Shown here: positions 54,519 to 63,305 of the stretch, one piece after another
How positions within the stretch are numbered: the first letter of the stretch is position 1
Layout of the letters: each line of letters opens with the position of its first letter
Assembly: GCA_001780985.1 (NCBI GenBank)
Contig: MFJV01000001.1
Span: forward strand, 158,980-222,979
DNA: 64,000 nt
From: Candidatus Gottesmanbacteria bacterium RIFCSPLOWO2_01_FULL_43_11b
Lineage (GTDB): Bacteria; Patescibacteriota; Microgenomatia; UBA10105; UBA927
Direction of reading: 5' to 3'
Translations under genes and position numbers: made by a program
The notes under the pieces: model-generated
The model's input: the letters and a program-made list of their open reading frames with translations, nothing else
Told to the model about the DNA's origin: nothing
The model's database searches: none

Positions 54519-55733
54519 ATGAAAAAGTATGGGCTTGTAGTTCTCATATTTTTACCGTTAGTCTTCCTTTTTCCTACCAGGGCGTTTGCCGAAGATTCCT
54601 CTTACTCCTGCTCCGTCACTCATCAGACAGTTTCCACAATTCCAAGGAGCTTCTTTGGCATGTTCACTCCCATCAACCGCATACCCGTGTCCGGGGATCA
54701 ACAACTGAAACTTTTTCAACGAATCAAGGATTCGGGTATTTATTCCGTCCGGGTGCAAATACAATGGCACAGAATTGAAAGGGTTGAGAATGAATATCAA
54801 TGGGAAAATTACGATTCCATCCTCCAAACTATCGAGAGTGTTGGCCTTAGAGCCTTGCCGGTACTTATTGGTGTACCTTCATGGGCCCGCCCATCAACGG
54901 GTCCAATGGCCAGAAAAATCGTCATAGATCCCGAACGCTATGAAGATTGGCAAGATTTCGTTGCTGAAGCAACCAGACGATACGGTGTAAACGGCGGCAC
55001 GGTTGCAAACGTTGCGTCTGACTGGGAAATCTGGAATGAGCCGAATGGGGAAAATTTCTTTCAAGGAACCCCGCAGGACATGGTCACAACCCTCAACCTG
55101 GCCTATCAGACAATCAAAAGCATCGATCCGCAATCAAAAGTCTGGTCGCAGGCTGCTTCCACCACAGGCTTAACCGGCACGAGAGATTTTTTTGAAGCGA
55201 TAGTCAAAGACGGATATTTCGATGTTCTTACCATCCATCTTTATGCAACCACCGAAAAAGCAATCGAACTTGCAACTTCAGCCCAACAATACCTTCGAGA
55301 AAACGGCAACAGCGTCAACAAAGAGGCAAAACTGTCAATTACCGAAACCAATCCCCTGCCTGTCGGGCACCAATGCGAATCCGTCAACAGTCTTAGTGAA
55401 CAGGAAATGGCCGATATAATAACTAATCACTATGCTTGTCTTTCCCAGGCGGGTGCCGATTCTGTCTACTATTTCATGGCGCTGGATTTACCTGATCCGT
55501 CATGTTCAGGAGGTACGGTTAAAGTAGGTATCCTAAACCCGGATCTGACCCCGCGCGCTTTATACAGTGCAATCAAAGAAATGATAACAATCGTCAGTCC
55601 GCAAACCCCTTTAGGCGACCTCAATTCTGACGGGAAAGTAGACATTTTCGACTACAACATCCTCGTTGAGAATTTCGGCAATCCGTACACAATTTTCGAC
55701 TATAATACACTTGTAGAGCGTTTTGGTACGTAA
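54519..55733 (+). CDS. secreted clan GH-A glycoside hydrolase with C-terminal dockerin-like module
   Basis: Signal peptide ..PTRAFA|ED. WEIWNEPN (acid/base) and SITETN (candidate nucleophile). The C-terminus is GDLNSDGKVDIFDYNILVENFG plus a second half-repeat. Confidence 0.72.
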   Translation: MKKYGLVVLIFLPLVFLFPTRAFAEDSSYSCSVTHQTVSTIPRSFFGMFTPINRIPVSGDQQLKLFQRIKDSGIYSVRVQIQWHRIERVENEYQWENYDSILQTIESVGLRALPVLIGVPSWARPSTGPMARKIVIDPERYEDWQDFVAEATRRYGVNGGTVANVASDWEIWNEPNGENFFQGTPQDMVTTLNLAYQTIKSIDPQSKVWSQAASTTGLTGTRDFFEAIVKDGYFDVLTIHLYATTEKAIELATSAQQYLRENGNSVNKEAKLSITETNPLPVGHQCESVNSLSEQEMADIITNHYACLSQAGADSVYYFMALDLPDPSCSGGTVKVGILNPDLTPRALYSAIKEMITIVSPQTPLGDLNSDGKVDIFDYNILVENFGNPYTIFDYNTLVERFGT

Positions 55734-55743
55734 AGGAAAATTT

Positions 55744-56316
55744 ATGATGCCACCTTCACCAAGTTCTGAAGACCTCACGGAGATTACTGAGGTACAAAAG
55801 CCAAAACGGAGATGGTGGGTTGTCGTGGCGATTCCTCTGGGAATATTCGTTCTGCTGGGAATTGGTTTTTACCCGTTGATACAAACTACTGCTCCAACTC
55901 CAACACCCAAACCCACACCGATACTGCAAGAGTCCAATGCGTCAACTGTCCTTTCGGTAGATAGCGACAACGCAACAAGCACTCCTCTACTAGTTTCCGT
56001 CCCAATTACTATTAATACAGGAAAAAATACAGTGTCTGCTGTCGAACTTCATCTCTCTTTCGACCCCCAAAAGTCAAAGAATGCGAGCGTCTCCGCAGGG
56101 GCATTTTTTACCGACCCGACAATTTTAAAAAATGAAGTTGACCAAACAAACGGAAAAATCACCTTCATCCTTGGCTCTCTCACCCCCAAGCAAGGAACCG
56201 GTGTCGTCGCCATTCTCTCTCTCGAGCCCGTCGGAACGATCACTCTAGCTATAGATCCTGAGACGAAAGTTGCGGCTATCGGAGAAAAAGAAAATGTTCT
56301 CAAAAGCTACAAATGA
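55744..56316 (+). CDS. membrane-anchored cohesin-like domain protein
   Basis: TM, a PTP linker, then a beta domain of about 130 aa (ITINTGKNTVSAVELHLSFDP...GTGVVAILSLEPVG) resembling type I cohesins. ATG 55744 is preceded by AAGGA. Confidence 0.55.
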   Translation: MMPPSPSSEDLTEITEVQKPKRRWWVVVAIPLGIFVLLGIGFYPLIQTTAPTPTPKPTPILQESNASTVLSVDSDNATSTPLLVSVPITINTGKNTVSAVELHLSFDPQKSKNASVSAGAFFTDPTILKNEVDQTNGKITFILGSLTPKQGTGVVAILSLEPVGTITLAIDPETKVAAIGEKENVLKSYK

Positions 56317-57284
56317 AACGATTCGCGCTCTTGCTTCCGTTACTTTTGCTTATCATAGCCATTCCGATCGGAGTCTACTATATTGGGCAAAGACAAGATA
56401 TTCGAGATCGGGCTGCTCCATCAACAACGCTCTCACTGTCTCCTTCATCCATATCAAAACAACAGGGTAATACTCTTTCCCTCGATGTAACTATCGACAC
56501 GGGAGAAAATACAGTCTCTGCGATTGAACTTGTCGTCAACACCGATCCGGCAAAAGTAAAAATAACAGGTATCGCTGCCGATGATTTTTTTAGCCAATCC
56601 CTCATTGAACCGGCGTTCACCGACAGCCGTGCCACCATGACCCGCGGTACACCACCGACATCTCCGCGTCAAGGAACCGGAACGGTGGCTACAGTCACAT
56701 TAGAAGTCGTCGCGGGAAACGGAACCGCCCAGATTACACTGGCAGGATCTCAAGTTGCTGGCATTGGTGAGCAGGGAAATGTTTTGAGTGGTACGGCGCC
56801 TGCAACGGTCACGATCACCTCTTCGACAAATCCGACTCCGACGCCCACTCCAACATCAGCTCCCGGGAGCACACCCACGCCCACACCCACCCCAACTCCA
56901 ACCCCAACAGAATCAGGGGAAACAGGAGCTGTTTCTCTTACAAGTCCGGTAAGCGGAGCAACGGTAACGACTGATACACCCACGCTTAAGGGAACCGCGC
57001 CTGCCGGCAGCACGGTCACGATTACTATTTACAGTGATCCGATCACGGTCACCGTAACCGCAGATAGTAATGGACGTTGGACCTATACTCCAACCCAATC
57101 ACTTTCCGATGGACAGCATCAGGTCGTCATATCAACAGCGGCAGAAGACGGATCGACGCTGACAGAGTCATCATCCTTTTATGTCCAAACGCAGGATATT
57201 CCGGTAACCGGAAATAACTGGCTTTACATAACCCTGATTGTCGCAGGGTTATTTTTCATTGGTTCTGGTATGCTGATACTGTGA
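56313..57284 (+). CDS. cohesin-like + Ig-like domain surface protein with LPXTG-like (IPVTG) C-terminal anchor
   Basis: N-terminal TM, cohesin-like LSLDVTIDTGENTVSAIELVVNTDP...GTGTVATVTLEVV, a PT linker, a Big-like TPTLKGTAPAGSTVTITI..ADSNGRWTYTP domain, then IPVTG plus a hydrophobic tail. Confidence 0.6.
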   Translation: MKRFALLLPLLLLIIAIPIGVYYIGQRQDIRDRAAPSTTLSLSPSSISKQQGNTLSLDVTIDTGENTVSAIELVVNTDPAKVKITGIAADDFFSQSLIEPAFTDSRATMTRGTPPTSPRQGTGTVATVTLEVVAGNGTAQITLAGSQVAGIGEQGNVLSGTAPATVTITSSTNPTPTPTPTSAPGSTPTPTPTPTPTPTESGETGAVSLTSPVSGATVTTDTPTLKGTAPAGSTVTITIYSDPITVTVTADSNGRWTYTPTQSLSDGQHQVVISTAAEDGSTLTESSSFYVQTQDIPVTGNNWLYITLIVAGLFFIGSGMLIL

Positions 57285-58066
57285 AGAAACTATCGATCAT
57301 TGTCCTTTTTATTTCTCTCTTGTTTCTGGCTGTAGTCGCCCTGACTGTATCTCTCGTCCAGCGAAGGCAGGAGGTGCGCACACGGGCAACCGCCGCTACC
57401 ACACTCTCCATTATCCCAAGCTCCGTCCAGGCACATATTGGCGATACGTTCTCCGTCGACGTGTGGATTAACACCGGAGAAAATACGGTCTCCGCTGCAA
57501 CCGTTGTTGTAACGTTTAACAGCAACGTGCTTACTGGGGTTTCAATTCAGCCGGGAACATTCCTCAGCGTGCCCCTTGAACCAGGCAGTTTCTCCGCAGG
57601 TGTCGCTCGCATAAGCCTCGGAAGTCAACCGACTGCGCCGGTCCAAGGAAGTGGGGCTTTATTTACCCTCACGTTTCAGGCAACCGGTGTTGGCACGACA
57701 ACTATCACATTTGATCCAACCACCGTCGTTGCCGCTCTCGGACACACAACGAGTGTCCTGACGGGAACGACCCCCGGCTCAATCACCGTCTCCCTTGTTC
57801 CCACTCCAACTCCCACACCAACAATCACGCCTACCCCAACCCCATCTCCAACACCCACGCCCACAGCAACACCTACCCCAACACCGCTGCCTCCTCGTCC
57901 TGGAGATCTAGATCTTGATAGAGATGTCGACATTTACGATTACAATCTCCTCGTTACTGATTTTGGAAAAACGGGGACAGCGGGTTTTATTGCGGCTGAC
58001 ATTGACAAAAACGGCAAAGTGGATATTTTTGACTACAATATTCTTGTGGAAGAATTCGGGAAATAA
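57281..58066 (+). CDS. cohesin-like + dockerin protein (adaptor-scaffoldin-like)
   Basis: Cohesin-like FSVDVWINTGENTVSAATVVVTFNSN...GSGALFTLTFQATG, a PT linker, and two dockerin repeats DLDLDRDVDIYDYNLLVTDFG and DIDKNGKVDIFDYNILVEEFG. Confidence 0.65.
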   Translation: MKKLSIIVLFISLLFLAVVALTVSLVQRRQEVRTRATAATTLSIIPSSVQAHIGDTFSVDVWINTGENTVSAATVVVTFNSNVLTGVSIQPGTFLSVPLEPGSFSAGVARISLGSQPTAPVQGSGALFTLTFQATGVGTTTITFDPTTVVAALGHTTSVLTGTTPGSITVSLVPTPTPTPTITPTPTPSPTPTPTATPTPTPLPPRPGDLDLDRDVDIYDYNLLVTDFGKTGTAGFIAADIDKNGKVDIFDYNILVEEFGK

Positions 58067-58072
58067 CCCACA

Positions 58073-59266
58073 CTAAATAACGCCAAGTTCTTTCCCAACT
58101 TTTTCAAAAATCTTCAAACCGAAATCCAAATCCTTCTTTGAGTGCCCAGCCGAAGGCATGACGCGAATCCTTGCTTTACCTAATGGCACCATTGGATACT
58201 TAATTGGGGTAGCAAACACTTTGTGTTCAAATAATTTACTGGAGAAGGTTTTGGCGAGATTTTCGTCTCCGAGCATTACTGGTGTAATTGGTGTTTGCGT
58301 ACTCCCGGTGTTAAATCCGAGTTTTTGAAAACTTTCCCTTAAATATTTTGCATTATCCCAAAGTTTTTTAACCAAAGATTTGGATCGGGACAAAATTTTT
58401 ACTCCTTCAATGACTGCAGCTGTGTCTGCAACAGTCAGTCCTGTCGAAAAAAGGTATGGTCTGCCTTTTTGACGGTAGTATTCAATCAGTTCTTTTTTTC
58501 CGGCAATAACCCCACCTAATACTCCGAATGCTTTTGAAAGTGTTCCAACTTCGATATCAATCTTCCCATGGAGCTTAAAGTGATGCGCTATACCGCGGCC
58601 TTGCCCCAAAACTCCTTCACCGTGGGCATCATCGACCATCGTAATGGCTCCGTATTTTTTTGCCAGGCGCACAATATCGGGCATCGGCGCAATATCGCCA
58701 TCCATGCTAAATACGCCGTCTGTGACGATGAGCATGAGATGATTCCCTTGAATTTTTTTTGCTTCATTCAAAACCCGCTCCAAATCAGTCATATCCAAAT
58801 GCTTATAGATAAATTTGTTTTTAATTTGAGCTAGCCGTATTGCATCGATAATGCTTGCGTGATTAAGTTCATCCGAGATGACAATATCTTCTTTCCCTAA
58901 AATCGTCTGGATGGCAACAATATTGCCGATAAATCCTCCCTGAAGGAGAAATGCCGCCTCAGCTCCCTTAAACTTGGCAAGAGCTGCTTCAGCCTCCATA
59001 TGGAGCTTCAGATTCCCTGAAATCGGCCGTACTGCCCCAGGACCTACCCCGTATTTTTTAACAGCTTTAATCACAGCACTAACGAGGCGTTTATCCTGTG
59101 CAAGCCCTAGGTAGTTATTCGAGCAGAAGTTGAGAACTTTTTTGCCGTCAATCGTAAACCAGGGGCCCTGCGGAGATTCCAAAACGCGAACAGGGGTATA
59201 CAACCCCTTTTGTTTCATTTCGTCAAGCGTTTTGTAATACGGTTCAAGTGGATCGTTCATACTCAA
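58073..59266 (-). CDS. kbl: glycine C-acetyltransferase / 8-amino-7-oxononanoate synthase family PLP enzyme
   Basis: [14 protein letters not shown] and GTLSKAFG (PLP lysine) motifs. Confidence 0.85.
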   Translation of the reverse strand: MSMNDPLEPYYKTLDEMKQKGLYTPVRVLESPQGPWFTIDGKKVLNFCSNNYLGLAQDKRLVSAVIKAVKKYGVGPGAVRPISGNLKLHMEAEAALAKFKGAEAAFLLQGGFIGNIVAIQTILGKEDIVISDELNHASIIDAIRLAQIKNKFIYKHLDMTDLERVLNEAKKIQGNHLMLIVTDGVFSMDGDIAPMPDIVRLAKKYGAITMVDDAHGEGVLGQGRGIAHHFKLHGKIDIEVGTLSKAFGVLGGVIAGKKELIEYYRQKGRPYLFSTGLTVADTAAVIEGVKILSRSKSLVKKLWDNAKYLRESFQKLGFNTGSTQTPITPVMLGDENLAKTFSSKLFEHKVFATPIKYPMVPLGKARIRVMPSAGHSKKDLDFGLKIFEKVGKELGVI

Positions 59267-59448
59267 GCTTTTTCCACTGGCGATGGACTATCATTAGGTG
59301 GATTAATTGATTCACTGATTTCAACACGTTTTGGAACCGAAGATTGAACCGACGAAAACTGTATTGCTGCAAGTTCATCACTTGCCCCTCCCTGTTCGGC
59401 AATTCCGGCTAATGTCTCAAGACTAAGCTCTTTTGCTCCTCCTGTCAT
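59263..59448 (-). CDS. hypothetical small protein
   Basis: 61-aa ORF overlapping the kbl start by 4 nt. Confidence 0.3.
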   Translation of the reverse strand: MTGGAKELSLETLAGIAEQGGASDELAAIQFSSVQSSVPKRVEISESINPPNDSPSPVEKA

Positions 59449-59560
59449 ATCACAACCACCTCCTTAAGTAAAAAATGACTATATAGCCTCAGTCGGAAGT
59501 CACCTCAAAATCCTTCACTATATTTTTTAATAAAGCTTAGTCTATAATAGATATTACTGT

Positions 59561-60166
59561 ATGAATAAATCTCATCCCCTTTCAAAGAAAAAACTTCAAC
59601 AATTCTATGGACAGGGAAATTCACTGTCTGAAATTGCGACTCTGTTCGATTGTTCTGTTCATAAAGTGATTTATTGGATGCAACGTTACGCAATTGCACG
59701 TCGTTCTAGAAGTGATGCGGCGTATATAAAATTAAATCCTAACGGCGACCCATTCTTTATTCAAAAAGAAAAATCGTTATTTCTCTACGGTCTTGGATTA
59801 GGAATCTATTGGGGTGAGGGAACAAAAGTAACTGGTCTTGTTCGAGTGACCAATTCTGATCCTGCGATGATCAAGGTTTTTAGAGAATTCTTGATACAAA
59901 TATGCGGAGTGCGAGATGATAAAATTCATTACAGCATTGTTGCGTTCAATGATAGTCATATTCCGACAGTTCAATCATTCTGGGCGACCTATCTGAAGAT
60001 TTCTCCTGACAAATTTGGTAAAATCGTACAGATACCGCCGCAAGGCAAAGGCTCATATAAGCGAAAGTCTCAATTTGGCGTCTGCTCTATTTCAGTAGGT
60101 AATATTAAACTGAAACATTGGATCATGCAGGAGCTGGAAAAAATTAAAGAAGCCCGGATAGTTTAG
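59561..60166 (+). CDS. HTH + LAGLIDADG-like (homing-endonuclease-like) protein, free-standing
   Basis: N-terminal HTH (GNSLSEIATLFDCSVHKVIYWM) and a single LAGLIDADG-like motif LFLYGLGLGIYWGEGTK. The 3' end overlaps tRNA-Thr by 15 nt. Confidence 0.4.
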   Translation: MNKSHPLSKKKLQQFYGQGNSLSEIATLFDCSVHKVIYWMQRYAIARRSRSDAAYIKLNPNGDPFFIQKEKSLFLYGLGLGIYWGEGTKVTGLVRVTNSDPAMIKVFREFLIQICGVRDDKIHYSIVAFNDSHIPTVQSFWATYLKISPDKFGKIVQIPPQGKGSYKRKSQFGVCSISVGNIKLKHWIMQELEKIKEARIV

Positions 60167-60223
60167 TGGCAAAACGTTCCCTTGGTAAGGGAATGAGCGG
60201 GGGTTCGATTCCCCCTCCGGGCT
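60152..60223 (+). tRNA. tRNA-Thr (anticodon GGU)
   Basis: gcccgga ta gttt agtggca aaac g ttccc uuGGUaa gggaa tgagc ggggg ttcgatt ccccc tccgggc t. Confidence 0.88.
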
Positions 60224-60224
60224 C

Positions 60225-60611
60225 ATGTCCAAACTGCCCAAAAAACAAATTCAAAAATCATTCGGTCGGGAGCTCGTGCTCGATCTCTACGATTGCGACC
60301 TCAAGAAAATTTCATCAAAGAGGGAAATCCACAAGTTTGTTATAGAGCTTTGCGATAATGTCATCAAAATGAAGCGGTATGGCAGAGCGCTCATCCCTCA
60401 CTTTGGCCATGCCGATCCCGTAACAAGCGGCTACTCACTCGTCCAACTTATTGAAACAAGCTCCGTGTCCGCCCATTTTTCGGAACTGAAGCGAAGCGTG
60501 TATCTCAACATCTTCTCTTGCGCACCTTTTGATGCCAAAAAAACAACAGCCTTTTGCAAAAAATTCTTTAGGGCAAAGCGCGTGAAATTACATCTTATTA
60601 AAAGAAGCTAA
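60225..60611 (+). CDS. speH: S-adenosylmethionine decarboxylase proenzyme (SpeH-type, pyruvoyl)
   Basis: FGRELVLDLYDC and the self-cleavage region LIETSSVSAHF. The ATG begins 2 nt after the tRNA-Thr 3' end. Confidence 0.75.
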   Translation: MSKLPKKQIQKSFGRELVLDLYDCDLKKISSKREIHKFVIELCDNVIKMKRYGRALIPHFGHADPVTSGYSLVQLIETSSVSAHFSELKRSVYLNIFSCAPFDAKKTTAFCKKFFRAKRVKLHLIKRS

Positions 60612-61471
60612 ACGGATAACTTCAGTGCGGCAAAAAACATGATTGCAGCCCCGGTAAAACGCACTGCATAAACTTTCAACGTATGTTTTTCCAAAAGTTC
60701 TGGTGCAACGCGGGAAAATATAAACGCAATAATCATCGAAAACGGCAGCGATAGTATCGTACTGGTTATGCCTACGTTTTGGGCAAGAGCCCGATTTGCA
60801 GCAATATATCCTAATACAAAAAAGAGTGATGAAAATGCGATCCCACCCATACCGGCAGGTCGTACTTTTTTTAAATCCTTTATAAACAGAGGAACAAGCA
60901 CCAAGAGTGAAATTTGTGCCACTACAGCTGTGAAGAGTGTCACTTCCCAATATCCGTTTGTTTGAAGAGCCTGATGGAGAGCAACGTTCATCACTGCCGA
61001 GATGAATATAGCTAGTAATGCTACCATCACCCCTTTTTGGAAAAACGTTGAGAGCTTCATCCGCTCATCCATGCTCACTAAAAACCCACAAAACGAAATG
61101 AGTGCGATAAGTCCGATTTGCATCGGTGTCAATCTTTCCCCTAAGACAAAAACACCTAAAAGTACGCTAAACGGACCGCGGAAGTTATAAAGCGATCCGA
61201 GCGTAGATACATCAAGCATATAGAGTGACAAAACGTAAACTATGCCAGCAAGAGCGTAAGTCAATCCTGAAAAAATAATTGGTCCCCATTGTTGGGGCCA
61301 AGTTACGCCGTAGACGAGGGCGACTGGAAGAATGAAAAACAAGGAACACGCCTCCCAAAAAAATTCGTACATCCATGGGTTTTTTATTGCGTGTTTTGTG
61401 GTCAGCTTGCCGGCAACGAGCGTTGCACCATAGAATAAAGATGCAATCCAGGCAAAGGAAATAGACGACAT
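60608..61471 (-). CDS. EamA/DMT-family transporter
   Basis: 287 aa with 10 hydrophobic helices in two EamA-like halves. Confidence 0.75.
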   Translation of the reverse strand: MSSISFAWIASLFYGATLVAGKLTTKHAIKNPWMYEFFWEACSLFFILPVALVYGVTWPQQWGPIIFSGLTYALAGIVYVLSLYMLDVSTLGSLYNFRGPFSVLLGVFVLGERLTPMQIGLIALISFCGFLVSMDERMKLSTFFQKGVMVALLAIFISAVMNVALHQALQTNGYWEVTLFTAVVAQISLLVLVPLFIKDLKKVRPAGMGGIAFSSLFFVLGYIAANRALAQNVGITSTILSLPFSMIIAFIFSRVAPELLEKHTLKVYAVRFTGAAIMFFAALKLSV

Positions 61472-61505
61472 AGGCGAAGTATAACAAATCAGGTATGATG
61501 ACTAT

Positions 61506-62354
61506 ATGAGTATTTTTTCGCTGTTTACATTCGCCGTCTTTGCTTTTGAAACTGTGCTTTCGCCGCTACCCGATGATGGTATTGCTATACCGGTGCCTGA
61601 GCCAACTCCTGAGATCTCATTTGGACAACTTCTCAATTACACCCCTCCAGCGGTCTTGGGCGCCGCGACAGAAGAACCGCCAACTCCTTCGCTGACTCCT
61701 CGGCGAAGCCGCAAAGATAACTTTACGATTGCCGTTTTGGGTGATTCTATGGTTGATACGCTGGGTCCGGATATCGGACATCTAAAAGCGGAGCTAAAAG
61801 ATGCCTACACCAGTGTCGCCTTTGCGATCCTAAACTACGGCGTTGGTGGAGAAAATATCGACAGTGGTATATCTCGCCTGACGAATGACTATACGTATCT
61901 GGGCCAATACGTCCCGTCACTTGTCTCTCAACGACCTGACGTTGTTGTGGTGGAATCGTTCGGGTATAACCCATATATTGACCCGACGAACGAACTCGAT
62001 CGTCATTGGTTAGCACTTGCAAAAATAGTCGATACGCTCAAAAAATCATTGCCAGATGTAAAAATCGTGATTGCATCAACGATTGCTCCGAATGCGGCGA
62101 TATTCGGCGACGGAGCGCTTAACTGGGACTCAACGCAAAAGCAAGAAAAAGTTGCTCGTATTAAAAGCTACTTGGAAAGTACTATTAAATTCGCCCAAAG
62201 CCAAAGGATCCCAGTCGCAGATGTCTATACACCTAGTGGCGGAAGAAGCGAATTCATTAATCCCGGCGACCATATACACTACTCTGACGCGGGAAGAGAA
62301 CTCTTCAGCAAAGTTGTTTCTGATACAATTGTAACGGCAAAACTTCTTGAGTAA
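61506..62354 (+). CDS. SGNH/GDSL hydrolase
   Basis: Block I VLGDSMVD, block II GVGGEN, and block V DHIHYS. Confidence 0.8.
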   Translation: MSIFSLFTFAVFAFETVLSPLPDDGIAIPVPEPTPEISFGQLLNYTPPAVLGAATEEPPTPSLTPRRSRKDNFTIAVLGDSMVDTLGPDIGHLKAELKDAYTSVAFAILNYGVGGENIDSGISRLTNDYTYLGQYVPSLVSQRPDVVVVESFGYNPYIDPTNELDRHWLALAKIVDTLKKSLPDVKIVIASTIAPNAAIFGDGALNWDSTQKQEKVARIKSYLESTIKFAQSQRIPVADVYTPSGGRSEFINPGDHIHYSDAGRELFSKVVSDTIVTAKLLE

Positions 62355-62375
62355 GGTATAGATTTACAGTATAAT
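62347..62375 (+). promoter_or_regulatory. candidate promoter for the rpmG leader
   Basis: TTGAGT (62347..62352), a 17-nt spacer, then TATAAT (62370..62375). Confidence 0.5.
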
Positions 62376-62529
62376 CTCCACATTACGCCAGGTAGTAGAA
62401 TTTCGACATGGTTTTTATTCTTTGCCCGATAACACATAAACTATTTGGTTGTAAACATATTTTTATAAAGAAAGGACCGTAAAATTTCGAAAACCATAAA
62501 AGGCAAAGGTCGAAATTTCACTACCTGGT

Positions 62530-62703
62530 ATGGCTCAAAAAGATCAACGGTTACTTGTAGCTTTAATTTGTACGGTGTGTAAAAGCCAAAATTACATTAC
62601 TGACAGGAATAAAATCAACACTCCGGAAAAAATAGTGCTTAAAAAGTACTGCCGTCACTGCCGAAAACACACAGAACACAAGGAAACAAGTAAACTTGAT
62701 TAA
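62530..62703 (+). CDS. rpmG: 50S ribosomal protein L33 (57 aa, below the ORF-track cutoff)
   Basis: Own translation: MAQKDQRLLVALICTVCKSQNYITDRNKINTPEKIVLKKYCRHCRKHTEHKETSKLD. CxxC..CxxC zinc-ribbon bL33 pattern. Confidence 0.85.
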   Translation: MAQKDQRLLVALICTVCKSQNYITDRNKINTPEKIVLKKYCRHCRKHTEHKETSKLD

Positions 62704-62706
62704 GTC

Positions 62707-63210
62707 ATGCGAAATACAATCCTCTTTATTTCAGTTCTTGCGGTTGTCGCAGCGCTTCTTTTAGGATTTAATTTAGGCCGTAATCTAAAACCTACAACCT
62801 ACAACCTACAACCTACCCCAACCCCTCTCGCTTTACCGTCACCTACAATATCTCAATACACAAACACTATCTGCGGTATATCTCTAAACTACCCCGGTTC
62901 ACTGACGAAACTTGAGGCAACAGCTGGTGCTATGTTTATCGATTCGCAAAACGCCTCAAATTCAGTTGCACTTGCTTGCCAAGAAGAGATTCCCCGACCG
63001 CCTCTCACCCTCGAAAATATTGAAGAAGTGACGCTTATTTCAACGAGTGGAGCAAGTATTTCGGGGAGTCTCTATCATGATGCATCAGCAAAAGACGGAG
63101 CACCAGTTGACGAACTCATCTTCACACATCCGACAACTGGCCTGGACGTGTTTCTCGCCGGATTCGGTGCTACCTTCCAACAGATCCTCTCTTCGCTTAA
63201 AGTGTTATAA
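62707..63210 (+). CDS. membrane-anchored/secreted hypothetical protein
   Basis: N-terminal TM or signal, a PT-rich linker containing a 7-bp tandem repeat, and a domain of about 110 aa. Confidence 0.55.
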   Translation: MRNTILFISVLAVVAALLLGFNLGRNLKPTTYNLQPTPTPLALPSPTISQYTNTICGISLNYPGSLTKLEATAGAMFIDSQNASNSVALACQEEIPRPPLTLENIEEVTLISTSGASISGSLYHDASAKDGAPVDELIFTHPTTGLDVFLAGFGATFQQILSSLKVL

Positions 63211-63224
63211 TATATCCCAATTCT

Positions 63225-63295
63225 AGGGACGTAGGTTAATGGTAGACCTGAGCTCTCCAAAAGCTCTAGTGGGGGTTCGATTCCCTCCGTCCCTG
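63225..63295 (+). tRNA. tRNA-Trp (anticodon CCA)
   Basis: agggacg ta ggtt aatggta gacc t gagct cuCCAaa agctc tagt ggggg ttcgatt ccctc cgtccct g. Confidence 0.82.
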
Positions 63296-63305
63296 CTCTC
63301 TTTTT

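Noticed and set aside
53583-57933. Antisense or off-frame ORFs in the Pro/Thr linker regions (53583..53909, 53626..53871, 56750..57019, 57676..57933) giving GVGVGV or QRRQ repeats.
   Set aside because: They are mirror or shifted readings of PTPTP-encoding low-complexity DNA within better-supported plus-strand genes.
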